Source: Phoronis australis (Eukaryota; Animalia; Phoronida). From it: DNA of 64,000 bases. The position numbers were made by a program, and so were the translations under genes. The stretch spans positions 197,174 to 261,173 of the forward strand of contig NMRA01000030.1 of NCBI GenBank assembly GCA_002633005.1, read 5' to 3'. Below, piece after piece: positions 1 to 12,133 of the stretch (within the stretch, counting starts at the first letter, position 1; each line of letters starts with the position of its first letter). The notes under the pieces are model-generated. The model was not told where the DNA came from. It ran no database searches and was given only the letters and a program-made list of their open reading frames with translations.

Positions 1-133
1 CGGTGCTATGCGCATCTACATTCGTGGTTCAGTTTGCGCAAATGCTTCCAACCGGACAAAATGTTGCCCCCCCCCCCTTGTGATATCCTAGATCCGCCAC
101 TGTTATATCAGCGTGACATCCTGTAAGAAGCAG

Positions 134-494
134 TGTCCGGTTGCATGAAACAGTCCCAAATAGGTACTCGACTAAGGTCCCTAAGTCTTTTTGCGTATTT
201 GTGTCTTAATGGACTCACATGTGCAATATTTTTTATCATATCATCTTTATTATGAGCTCCTCTTTGATTAATGACATTTTCTAATAATATATCTAAAAAC
301 TGATCCCAGAGTTCATTGAAAATAAATATGGACTCACTCCTTAAATTGGGGTTGTTGCGCGAAATGATCCCTAATTATTTTCGATAGTATTGACAATTCA
401 ACGTAGAGTTCACTCTCGATTTGTATCAAAGTCAAAAGTTGATTTAGGAAACTTAGTTGAGTTCCTATTTGGGACTGTTTCATGCAACCGGGCA
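134..494. mobile_element. PIF/Harbinger-like MITE
   Basis: ~40-bp imperfect TIRs TGTCCGGTTGCATGAAACAGTCCCAAATAGG... / ...CCTATTTGGGACTGTTTCATGCAACCGGGCA, flanked by a CAG/CAG 3-bp duplication. Confidence 0.8.
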
Positions 495-960
495 CAGTAT
501 TCTACGTAGGAATCCTTTGGTTGCCTTTGTGAATTTTTTTTCTAACTTTTTAGCGGGTACATTGGGTTCAGCTTCAAGTCTGCAATTCTCGACATTTTGA
601 AAAGTATAGGAAACGCGCAATAAGAGTTCTTCCAACAACAATGAGTGTCCTCATCCAGTAGATTTTCTCTGACATTTTCAGAACATTTCAGTGTCAACAG
701 GTTGTGCTGTAGTTGTTCAGTGTTATTTTGTATAATATCCAGCGTAAGAACTAATGCCCGCCGGAACGTAACAGGTCGTGCGACAAACTGTCTTCTTTGT
801 GTGGCTTGGAAGTTGAGACTCCTCAACATTTAGTGGAAAATTGCTCTGCTTATAAGAGTCTTCCAAATCTTCTGCTTTGAGATGGAGATACTTGCTTAAA
901 AATAGCCAGACCGTGCAGGCTCAACATTTTTCCATTTTCCTGAGAAAAACAGGTAGGTTA

Positions 961-1120
961 CAAGGGGCGGATCCAGGATTTTGAATTAGGGTCTAGGGCA
1001 GAGTATTACGGGCAGGATTAGGCCCGTCAGACATTCACTGCCTGAAACTGCCAAATGGAAACTGGGACAATTTTAGGGGAGGGCATGGTCCCCTTGACCC
1101 CCTCCCTAAATCCGCCACTG
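961..1120. mobile_element. Short MITE with CAGGGGCGGATC/CAGTGGCGGAT-type termini and 5-bp TSD
   Basis: Ends CAAGGGGCGGATCC and AATCCGCCACTG; GGTTA on both flanks. Related to copies at 27722 and 39632 and to a right end at ~91-102. Confidence 0.75.
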
Positions 1121-3497
1121 GGTTAGAAGACTACTCAAGAGGAAACCCATGCTGAGGGATTCTCTTGAATTCGAATCGTGTGATTAATGAAATGGGCCTA
1201 TGTGGCCTAATCACAGCTGGTGTACCGTATAAGGAACCAGGCCACCTGCCTATTTTTGTGAGTATTCGTGTGCTGTAAGATCTGGTGTTATTCGAACGGA
1301 TTTCGTCATCTAGACTCCCTTCAATATTGCGTGGACTGGCTTTGCCAACTCCAGTGTTGCAAAAAACGATTTCAGTGCCTTTACTGTGGAAGGATTAGGT
1401 TCCCATAACACTGGGTCACCAAAGCACTAATCGTCAGCAAAGCGATAAAGAAACGCCTCCATGTTTCACAACACCACATGATCTCCAATAAGCTCAATTT
1501 GCGTGGTTTTATTTAGAAATCGAACGATCTTACATTGTGCGTATTAAGTTCTAGTTGAAGTTAAACGGGTCTGAGGTCTGAACTACTTCGATAACAGTGT
1601 CGCTTTCATCAGTCGCAGTTGAAATCACTGACAACGGAATACATTGAACTGGTTTTGAGTATGCGAAATGTCATAGACGAAACAGAATTGATTTTATAAA
1701 GCACGATTGAATTTACGAAGTAGCATTGTGTTTGCGATAAAGGATAAAAAATATAAATTGAAGTTGTTGAGTTGACATTGGATTGACGAAATGGCATCAG
1801 TAAAATAGATGAAATGAAGCAACTGACGCCCACATTAGCGTTGGATTTGCACCATCATAAGACTGTTTATTTTCTTAATGTAGCATTTTGTCCGTTTGAG
1901 CCCCATAAGCGCTGGTCAACCGGAAGTCGAAAACTTCACAGTCTCAAAATTAGTTAGCTGCAGTGAACTTTGCCGTTGAACTTGTTTTCACATCATGAAG
2001 CAAAACATGTTTGCTTAGATGGCGTTGCACGGGGCTTTGATCCGGACGCCAGTGGCGCCATACCACGATTTTGGACTACTGTACATGCCATGATGCGGGA
2101 ACGAATGTAGTTCATTGATTGCTTCAGTACTATTATGCAAATTCACCGCCGTTTACTTGTTTTGTTTCAGCTTGGTTTCCGTTGTGGGCTTGTATTCTCA
2201 TTTGGGCTTGGCCCACTTAACTAGCCCCGAGGGAGGTGACTTATTAAATAAAGCCTACCAAAGACCAGGTTCTGTTTCATGAAAAGTGACTCAATACTTA
2301 AAGGAGAATGCCACCCAAAAAACAACCTATTTTGTATCAATTTAGGTCGAGTGGTTCCACTCGATAACAGCAAGTACAGTTCTTTTACCTAACACCTGAC
2401 GGCAGATGGAGGTGTTGAAATTAACCAATGACGTCATAGGTTCGAACACAGTCTGTTCAACAGTTCACAACACGCTTACTGGTGTCAGCTTTTCACTTTA
2501 ATTCATCTCTTTTTCACCAGTCAATCGTCAAATTTTGATGTAAAGCCCTTACAAATACGTTGAGTTATTGAACAAACGTGTTCGTTTATTTCGCTGTTCG
2601 GATTTATAGGTATTTGAACGTACCGTAGCCTACAAAGTGCGGTAGGCCAATTTACCACTGAAGGTCGGTCGCGAACGGTGACAAATTCAAATTATTCTTC
2701 CGTGAAATACGGGCAGGAGAACATAGCTGTGTGTTGTAATTTTGGACTTGCGATTATTTCAGTTCATGGCCAATTTACCAAGGTCGGTCTCGCGAGTTTG
2801 TGGTCTGTTCGGTGATAAATTCGAATTATTCGTCCGTGAAATACAGACAGGAGAACATAGCTGTGTGTTGTAATTTTAGACTTGCAATATATTATTTTTT
2901 AGTTCTATACACGCAAAACACTTGTTATCCCAACCAGTGGCTCAGAACCTGATCAGGCCCGTCGCGTCCGGACTGAAGACATCACGAACATAAACCACCC
3001 AAAGTTGGAAACTAAACTTCCACTCACGAAAAGACTATTAGTAAGGCAAAGAAATATTGTGCACGTGATTATTTTGGTGAACTAGCCGCGAAACTGCAAA
3101 TCTACTTTATAGATCGTCGGGGGACGCGAAGTCAGGTTACCCTTCCACAGAACCGTCAGGGCAAATGTTGTACAGTAACAATGCTTCGAATAAGGTATAC
3201 GAATATCTGAATAAAGATTCCCCCAACATCTGACCATAGGATATAAAATCGCCGGTAACGCATTTATTCATTCATTGCTGGGTTCTCAAAAACATTTGCA
3301 CTCACGAATACTCCAAAGACATTACAAATTGTATTGAATGTCACAGACTTTGATTCAGTTTTATATAAGCATTGGTTAGGGTGAGAATAATTCAGTTTGA
3401 AACAGAACGCACAATAATAAATGTCAACTTGGCAACTTGCAATCCCGACTTAGACGAGTGCTTTGACTTCCGACGAAGACTTCACGGGTCTCTCGTT

Positions 3498-3850
3498 AGG
3501 TTTCACAGGCTATCAGTTCGAACCCTAATACACTAATCCAAAAATACTGGAGAGGCGCCGTGAACGGACAACGGAACATATCAGTGGATAATTTCGAAAA
3601 CAGTTTGAATGACTTTTCATGGTGTCAATGCGCTAACTACACGATAATGGAAACAACTGACGCTAGCGTTTGCTGCCACGAAATTCCGCAAATGAAAAGC
3701 CTTCGTGGAGAAGCGCAAATGTGTCTCAGGACCATTCTGATTTTGCACCGCATCTGAACAGAGGTCTGCTTACGACGTTTTTTAGGGCTGGGAAAAAGAA
3801 TTTGCGAAAACATCCCAGAGGACCAAGCAGAGGCCTGACGAACGAGTCGG
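3498..3850 (+). pseudogene. Decayed KolX-like (P2X7 ballast-like Cys-rich) ORF
   Basis: GYQFEP*...WCQCANYTIMETTDASVCCHEIPQM...(frameshift) HSDFAPHLNRGLL matches the KolX pattern YxFEP...WCxCxxCxxM...CCxE...HxxF. Stop and frameshift present; ends approximate. Confidence 0.7.
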
Positions 3851-3989
3851 TCATCAAACATATTATATAAAATGTTATGTTCTCATGCCTTGAACTAACT
3901 GTAATTGTTATGTTTTCATGGCCAACTAGAATTCTCCATAATCAAAAACTGATCAACAACTGATCCGCGTTTCTTTGTCTCCTGTCTGC

Positions 3990-4263
3990 CGAACGCAAAC
4001 ACACTAAGTACAACATCTGACTTCAGCTTCAGTGTCTTTCTGCCCTGGCATGAGCTGCTTGGTAAGCCGGCATTCGTCAGTGAATTCACTGTCGACGAAA
4101 TGCCGGCCAGAGACAGAGAAATTTCACAGCCTCATACTTGGTATTAACGGCATACTTTTCATTCTTCACTACCGCGAGCCACTCCCAAAGCAAAAAAAAA
4201 CGATATACCCGCTTTCCTCGCAGCTTCATAGTTCGCACAAGCGGGAACGATACACCACACCAT
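3990..4263 (-). pseudogene. Decayed THAP zinc-finger domain (transposase N-terminus)
   Basis: Across frameshifts: MVWCIVPACANYE...W.AVVKNEKY...SVSGRHFVDSEF...LKSDVVLSVF, the THAP C-x4-C...W...HF...LKxxAVPS/T pattern. Confidence 0.75.
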
Positions 4264-5921
4264 AGCGGCACTCACTCTGCAGAAGAACCACTGACGTAGC
4301 TGTGTCGTTTCTCACCTTCCTCACAGGTTTATGCGACACCTCTCGGCGAGGTAAGATCGACCGTATACGAGGTGGTGTGGATATAGACCTATTAAGACGG
4401 TAAAAAAGACTAATTAAATCGGGTGGCATTCTCCTTTAATTTAGCCTTATGCTCCCACGCCACAGTTGTGAAATAATGAAACTATTACCACATCACCGGC
4501 TGGAAGTAACTTGTGCGAATTTTCTTAGTAAGCGAAAGTTATGAGTATATTCACAGATAGTTTGTTCTTCTCTAAAGTAGGTTGCAATGAATGGTTAAGT
4601 GAAAGGTAAGCCCAAATGTATGGCTTAAGTTACTGTTGTGAAACGGGCCTTGGACTAAATAGAAATTTGTGTGCGCTACAAAATCCAATGTAAATAGAGT
4701 CGGTGAAATCTACAAAAAGTAAAACGTCATTTTTAATCGGACTTTTTAAATCAGTTAAATTGTCAAGTAGTCCATTTCAGTAGTTAGGTGGCATATGTTA
4801 ATTATAAAAATCGCGTGCATTGATGTTTATTTTATGATAAGCGCCTATTAAGTTAAACTCTTGGTTGACGGGGTTGTTTTCATTTAAGAGTCATGTTATC
4901 GGAATAGATATTAAAAGCTTTGTTTATTATGAATCTGAATCAATAGATAAAACAATGTTAGAACATATGATCTTGTCAAAGGATTCGAGATTTTTTAAGC
5001 GGAATTAATAAAAACATTGAAACAATTCCTATGTGGAAATCATTCATACACGTGGCATCATATTTCATGTTCAACTGTTGACACCAACTCTTAACTCAGA
5101 AAAAAATATATACTTTTTAACAATTTCTATAAAGAAGAACAATAGGAGACTCTGAAAACATCAACAACCGCCAGTTAGACTGGACGGTGAACGTAATGGC
5201 ATAGTTAACTATGGCATAGAGATACTCAACTCGCGATTAACGCCTACTAGGACAGGTCGTATAACGAATTTTCGAATTTGTATGAATGAGCTCGTTGTTG
5301 ATACGTATTTACAAAACACAAAATTAGTATGATGATAATTACACTGATCTTTCTCTGCGCCAATAGTTTCTCTGGCTGTTATTGAAAATATTCGTCCTGT
5401 GACTCAATCTTGACACGTTATACTCGAACATAAATTTGTTACGCGGACATTTCTGTCTTTCTCACTTGAAGTGAGGTAATGCAACGGCACAAAGTGTGTC
5501 TCAAAGATGTACACGTTACGATAGCAAATGATTACCATAGCGGCACAGACTATTCACGACACTGACAAGTCAAACATATGATGTCAAAGAGATGTCACTG
5601 GGTTGAGTTTAGGCAGGGTTGACCAACCCATTCAACACTGGGCTTTTTACTACAGAAACCAAATGCTCTCACGGCAAAGAAATTTGAGGTCTGTTCATCA
5701 CAATAAATTAATCAGACTGTTTCAGGATTTTCAGTTTTAGGCTGTAAGCAAGATGGAGATGTTCTTTTAATAATTTAAAGTAATTTTTTAAAGATGGAAT
5801 GGAAATTTTAAAAATTGGAATGTAATTAGGTAACAAAACCATGATTTTCGAAAAGAATGTTAGCACTCGGAAGGCACGTGGCATGTTGCTGGCATAACGT
5901 CTTAATCAACTATGTAGGACT

Positions 5922-6212
5922 GGCCTTTTACGGATAGCGAAAGCTTATGCGTGCCCGTCTCTGAGCATTTTGGATTTTAGGGGTATATGTACGGCGTGTC
6001 AACCAATCCTGAATCTAGGATATGTCACGTAGGCGATGGTCTGCGCAGGTGATAATGGATAGGTATTGCAACGGTTATTCTTTATTTTGGCTGCTTCAAA
6101 CGCTGCTGTGACGTGGTCTCTACGGATTATCAAGCACGTCTAAAGGCGGTGCTTTGGGTGATTGCTATCCCACAATTCTTGCATATATGACGTCTCGCTA
6201 TCCGTAAATGTC
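5922..6212. mobile_element. Degenerate MITE
   Basis: Inverted ends GGCCTTTTACGGATAGCGA / TCGCTATCCGTAAATGTC; TSD not clear. Confidence 0.55.
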
Positions 6213-6323
6213 AAGTGACGGCAGATAGCAGGAAACTTCAAGAATGTTGAGATTCACACGTTCCCGGTAAGATATCCTACCGATGGCTGTGAGAGTGTTA
6301 TGGGTGTTCGGTTTATGATTCAA

Positions 6324-6414
6324 CATAGGCGGCGCAGCACTAAAAAAAGTGGAGGGCTAAAGCCCTCNCTATAGCACCCCCCCCCCCCCATTCCCCTATG
6401 GTTCGCCGCCCATG
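6324..6414. mobile_element. 91-bp MITE with 5-bp TSD
   Basis: TIRs CATAGGCGGCG / CGCCGCCCATG, with TTCAA on both flanks; relatives at 36632-36760. Confidence 0.8.
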
Positions 6415-7656
6415 TTCAATTCAGAAAGTATAATTTGTGAGAAATTATTGTCTCTGTTGAGGCGGAAGCTTGCCTGTTCACAAACTTGCCGAATTTCTAC
6501 ATTTTCGCAACATGACATGAGCGAGGCCTTTCCCCACCTGGAAATAACCAAATGGTTACGATTGAGTGCGACACCAGTTAGCACTATAAAGGATATGTTT
6601 TGATTTGGTGTCGTCATGCTGTGCTGAGTCCTGAAGGTGGTATCCTACTTCTAATAACCAAAACGTTAAACTCGTATAGACACTGGGGTGGTACGGTTTG
6701 CGGCGATTTAAAGGAAAAAGGTCAACGTTATTCTCACTGAAATTACAAATCACCAGTTACCTTAGACGCGTATTACTGTACACCCTGTTTGCTGTTTCCA
6801 TTTTATTGTGCCAGCTTGGGTTTTCTCATAGCTCCTGCAAGGTGTTGTTTAAAAAAATACATACCACCGGTTGTATTTGCTGTAATTCAACCCTACTTAG
6901 TGTTGCCATGGTTATATACTTGCATTACTGGTGAAAAGACGTAGTTGACGCAAATTTCAAATTTATTAATTTCATTCCCTCAGCAAACAGGATGACCGTT
7001 TGAGCTCAGGTCGTAATTACCTGGACAGCAGATCACAAAAACGAGGCACCGTGTTCGTCTACCACTTCTGTCACGAATGTTACGTATGAGGGTCAGCTGG
7101 TGACGTAGAAATGTGTCTATGGTAACCGGCGACTTGTATTACAAGTAAAAGTATCACAGAAAACGTTGATTTCCCTTCAATCACCTTACGGCTATTATGA
7201 CTGAAAACACTAACAGTTAAAATGCACGCAGCGCTCGCGTTCTAATTAATAAACTTTTTTGCTCGTCACATAATCACTTGACTCTTGGAAATATACGCAG
7301 TTTGAAAGATGTTTAGATGTACTTGACCGCTTAGATCGTTATGTCAGTCGCAACTACCGGATATTTATGAAAGAACCAGGACGAATTTTCGTAAAACTGC
7401 GTTCTGAACTTACCTTTTTCCCTAAAAAGATGGGAAACTGCAAAATATGGCATGAAATTTGCTTTGAACTTTGCTAACAAGAAGAAATATACGCGTATAT
7501 ATTGAAATAAGCCAAATACACGGTACGTAAAGTAACGTGCGTAGCCTTCATAATGCAGTGACTGTGCCTTAGTAACCTGCATGAATATTATGCAAAAGTG
7601 AATAGTTAAAAAATAGCGATGGAAAAAGACACAGACTTCACACATACATTTAAAGC

Positions 7657-8574
7657 TTATAAAATGTCTAAATCGCGATCTTTCACGTGCACCCGATCTT
7701 CTTCGTCGTCTTGTGTTGTGACGGATTTTCCTTCTTTAATTCTAACTTTAAGATTTCCTGACGTTTTCCTGCGAGACTCGGACGATCTTCGGCGTTTTGG
7801 CGAACTAGTTGACGTTGAAATACCAGGGACATTGTTTGATTCATTGTGACTGGATTGTGAAGACGACACACGCGCACTGCTTGTCGAACCTCGTCTTGAG
7901 TCTCTCGCTTCTTCTGCGCTGGAATGTGTTTTATGGGATGCGCTTCCAGGCGAGAATGCTCTTAAAAGTAAACTGATTTGGTCATCTATTCGACTCATTT
8001 TTCCATTTAATGCATTTATTTCCTCCTTGATTTCAACGCGAATGTCGCACAGAGATGTCAGTAGCTGTTTTTCAATGGAGGACAAAAAGTCGCCTCTTTC
8101 TTCTTCAATTTGGTCTAGTTTACCATTACTTCGCAATATTCCGCTGTCCGCCGACTCGGACTTTTTTAACGTTCCTGGCGACTCATCGTCTCTCTGTTTA
8201 GCAGCTGTAGTCACCCCTTTCATTTCCTTATGCCCTGCTCTGTTCGGCTGCACTTTGTTATCAGATTCTCCTGCGAACATTCGGCCCCATCTCGTCCCAG
8301 TTTTGGGCTTAGCACTTGGTTGCAATCTGCTCGGAGGATGATTTTCTGATACCGTAATTACTTTGGTTCCGCTATTTGGACGGTCTTTCTTATGACCATT
8401 GCTGTGCCCTTGTTCAATGTCGGATTTCGAAGCATCGGTTTGATTGCTTTTCTTGAACTTAGAGAAAAGTTTGCGCACCGGATGGTCACTACCTATCTCT
8501 ATGGGCGGCTCGTTCTTCCTTTTTTCTGCCAACTCCATTTCTCTTTTAACATCGGCCACCTTCCGAAATATTGC
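7657..8574 (-). CDS. eag: EAG coding exon 10 (terminal: calmodulin-binding segments, coiled coil, stop)
   Basis: AIFRKVADVKREMELAEKRKNE...DHPVRKLFSKFKK...LCDIRVEIKEEINALNGKMSRIDDQIS...DRDLDIL*; acceptor TTACAG; 918 nt including stop. Confidence 0.95.
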   Translation of the reverse strand, partial: AIFRKVADVKREMELAEKRKNEPPIEIGSDHPVRKLFSKFKKSNQTDASKSDIEQGHSNGHKKDRPNSGTKVITVSENHPPSRLQPSAKPKTGTRWGRMFAGESDNKVQPNRAGHKEMKGVTTAAKQRDDESPGTLKKSESADSGILRSNGKLDQIEEERGDFLSSIEKQLLTSLCDIRVEIKEEINALNGKMSRIDDQISLLLRAFSPGSASHKTHSSAEEARDSRRGSTSSARVSSSQSSHNESNNVPGISTSTSSPKRRRSSESRRKTSGNLKVRIKEGKSVTTQDDEEDRVHVKDRDLDIL

Positions 8575-9053
8575 CTGTAATATGATAAGTGCACGAAATT
8601 AGCAGAGTTTGAAAGGTTGAATTTATACTAGATGTTAGAATTAACTTCTTAGTTAATCGTAGCTGGCCGCCGGGGCCTACCGACTGAGTACAGGACTCCA
8701 CGCAACGTCGGATTTGACGAATACCAGCTTGCCGACCTCAGGTTGTCGGTGGTGACTTCAGCCGGAGTGGATTTGAAACTGTAGTTGCTCAACTAGCCAA
8801 ACACGACCTGAGAGACTCCAAGTTTCAATTAGATATGAAAAATGAACTCGTTATTTAGACCACATACTGGTTATAGTGCGCCGCCCATTGCGCGATATCA
8901 AGCTAATAGTTGGGCGAATTGGCTCATCATCTTTATGCGTCGAAAGCAATTTAGCTGGAAATAGAATGATTCCGTTATCGAACACTAAAGGAAACTTGTA
9001 TTTCGTAGGTTGGGACTTCAAGAAATCTATTTACGATGTTTCAATGGACGTAC

Positions 9054-9250
9054 CCGGTTACGAAGGTTGTAAGTGAGAGTTAGGTTTCTTGCAAACGAAT
9101 TGGCAAACGCGTGGTAGAACTCAAGAACTTCCAGTAAATCATCGCGTTTGATCACGTGCAAGTCGCAGTAAGTCAAGGCGCGAACATTGGCTGTCGATTG
9201 GCCAATGCTCGTTGCTGTCCAGAAAGCGTCGCCGAATACGTCACCTGTAC
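9054..9250 (-). CDS. eag: EAG coding exon 9 (CNBHD with YNL intrinsic ligand)
   Basis: Manual translation (S)[65 protein letters not shown]; acceptor TTACAG, donor GTACGT; 197 nt, phase 1-0. Not in the ORF track. Confidence 0.96.
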
Positions 9251-11588
9251 CTGTAAAGAATGGCTAAGCGTTGTAATTCTGCGGAAAAGGTAACGAAAAC
9301 AGGACTCCTTGAGAACTTAACCTAAGAAATGGTGAAATTAGTTTGAAGGTGAACCAGAGTTAGATTAATTTACGACAAAGAAATGTTGAGGATGTCGTTG
9401 TCATACGACACTAATTAAAAAACTAATATTTTGAAGTAGATAGCATAACGACAGTTAAATGATAAGAAAATGACAGTAAAATGTAGCTTCTAAAAGGTGA
9501 AGGTACTGTAGTTACGGCATGGGGAAGCAATGGGAAACAGTCATTTCGAATCTTGGCCTATAGATTGATTTCAGTTAAAATGAAACTAATATCTGGCGCT
9601 GCTCTCACAACGCGTAAGTACCCACGAAGTCACGTTTTACTACATGGATGGGTGGTCACAGGTTATTACTGATTGGTGCTAATAGCTTTCGGTGCGAGTT
9701 CATCATTTTATTTATCTCGACCGTGTGTTCACCAGTCAACTCAAAAAACGTCGGACGTAATGTCTGTTCTATGCTCCAGCCAGTGCTGCGAAGCTTTGAC
9801 TTGTGATGAACTTCTGAGACACTTCCATCAACTGTTACAATCGTTGGTTTAAAAACCTGCAGTCTCTATAATTAAACTGTTTCTGTATAGACTAGCGGTG
9901 GGATTGCTGATTCTATATCTTCAGTGCAACGCGACTCACTTAACTTCTACTCAATTGTAACCGACTCGTACTAACCCGTGCTCTTTTACAATGTTCTAAA
10001 ACATTTCACCAGTAAACAAGTACTTTCTAGGACGTTGCATATTTCTATAAACATAAACATAAAGAAGGCTCTAGAATGTTCCAGATTGTGGTTCCATTTT
10101 CTAATATTTATTTGATGTAACATTCTCCTAGAATGTCCTCCAGCTTTTTATTGCAAACAAATTACGTCATCACCAAACTGACCCCTTTGGTCACGTCAAT
10201 CTTTCTTCCAACCCCCATTCATCGTCGAATTTCTTAATACTAGAAATTGAACGTGCACAATGATCACTTGTAACCGAAATAGGACAGAAGTCATGTTGGA
10301 GGTAAAATATATGCGCGTCAATTTGATTTGCCCTTCAAGATTTTAAGAAATTTAGGAATAATTATGCGCTGAAATTTATAGTGGTCCGTGAAATACATTC
10401 GTCTCCATATTGAGAACGTGTGGTAAGATCTCCATGGCCATAATCACGTTGAAATTATTTCTTAAAAAAACTTATTATAATTGGTAGTCACATGAGTGGA
10501 GCGATGAAACAAGAGGTATGGCCCCCAACTTCACAGAAGGCTGGCAGATACCATTCATTTGCAAATTGATAAAATTCAAATTCTTTTACATGTCATCTAA
10601 TCTCCATTCCTTGGATCACTGAACTCGCTAGCGTTAACAACTGAAATCAATAAAATAGTTCTTCTACGTCATAATCGGTATCGTTGGTTAAATACATACA
10701 TAACAGGTAATATTAAATGACGAGTTTCGCAATACTCAGATGAATATGATGGCCATACGTTGTGATCGAAATGTGATGGAGCTCCATAGCAAAGCATCCC
10801 GTGATAATATTTTAGTGTTTTGTACTTTTATTCCTTATAGTCGTTAACATATAAACTATTAAAAGAATGTGTTTTTTTTCATTTTTGAGGAATAGTGTGT
10901 TTTACAAAAAGTCATCGCCATATGCCAGTTAGGCATTTGAACCGATAATCTTCACTTTCTATTTGCCGTTAATTGGACTGCGTGTCAATTTGTTAGACAT
11001 TGCAAATATTAAAAAATCAGGTGAAAAATGCCATAGACAATATTGTCAATCTGTTAATGTTTGAATGGTGTCCATTTGGAGTTAGATTAAAGAGCGCTAT
11101 TGCAGTTGATGAAAAACGCATTAGGCTCGCACTTACACTCGGAGAAACAATGGCGCGTAGTAATTGGGTTGGGAACATTGCAATCTTATCTCAAAGTCGA
11201 TCAATACTTTTAGCCACCTTCAGTTGTCAAAAGACGTTTATGGTACTTCTATTGATAACATGATAGTATTAAATATAAATCGTTCCTCGTCTTAGTTGCT
11301 GTCCAGGGTTTTCAAGAAGTTTCGAACTCGACGTTTCCAAGGAAGCTAGCAAATAAACCATCTAACTGGTATTTTATTTTCAAAATCCTTGTTCGAGAAA
11401 TCAATAAGAGCGCACACTTCCCTATACAATTACAGCTTGCTGATAATTTTCAAAAACGTCAATACTGTTAGCCCGAGGAAATTATCACTGCTTGGTGTGG
11501 TTATAAAATAGACAATTCGTGTTTTCTTAGTTTATACCACATTTTCGTCGTGTTTATCTAACTGTTAAACGACAGATGCAATACTCAC

Positions 11589-11841
11589 TTAAGATAGCAA
11601 TAATTTCTTCGTCTTGAATAACCTCTAAAGAACCGGATACGATGAAACAGAGAGAGTCGAGACTTTCTCCCTGGTGGAACAAAAGGTCCCCCGGTGCACT
11701 GTGACTCATGGTGAAATGAAGCGCCAGGGCTCTCAGGCAGCCATCGCTGGCCAAACGAAAGGCCGGGTGTTCGTTAAACACTTTTCTGTTTAGATGAACG
11801 CAGATATCGGCCTTCATATCTTTTGGACAGTAGTTAAGAAC
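11589..11841 (-). CDS. eag: EAG coding exon 8 (C-linker / CNBHD)
   Basis: [40 protein letters not shown]...[16 protein letters not shown]; acceptor CTTCAG, donor GTGAGT; 253 nt, phase 0-1. Confidence 0.97.
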
Positions 11842-12028
11842 CTGAAGTAAACATTTCGGTTTTCAACTGGCCCAGCATTTTACGAGCATCAAAAATGCTC
11901 ACATTTTAGCATTCGTGAATATTAGTATTGTTCATTTTTACCATGCATTTGCTTTTACGCCGTTAGAGAATTGCCCATTATGAATGCAGGCATAATACGT
12001 ATTCTATAAGCTAGACCAATGACACGGG

Positions 12029-12133
12029 CATGAGTACTGTACATATGAGCAGTGTACATGAGCACTGTACATGAGCACTGTACATGAGCACAGTGCTCAT
12101 GTACAGTGCTTATGTACAGTACATGAGTACTGT
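12029..12133. repeat. 13-bp tandem repeat that inverts midway (palindrome)
   Basis: CATGAGCACTGTA units; 12064-12091 and 12093-12120 are inverted 28-nt arms with 1 mismatch. Confidence 0.85.

Larger units (their letters stand above)
2302..4435. mobile_element. Internally deleted Kolobok-type DNA transposon
   Basis: Perfect 15-bp TIR AGGAGAATGCCACCC, TTAA on both sides (2298-2301, 4436-4439), and convergent decayed THAP and KolX-like coding remnants inside. Confidence 0.85.

Noticed and set aside
542-1480. Possible small minus-strand gene (95-aa ORF; signal-peptide-like MWCCETWRRFFIALLTISALVTQCYG)
   Set aside because: Early stops, no recognisable domain and no consistent exon chain.
6802-6967. 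AATAAA poly(A) signals for eag (minus strand, 6962-6967 and 6802-6807)
   Set aside because: Several equally good hexamers occur in this AT-rich region; the true 3' end cannot be chosen without transcripts.
7619-8580. Plus-strand ORFs overlapping exon 10 (and those opposite exons 2, 5 and 6)
   Set aside because: Antisense shadows of eag coding sequence.
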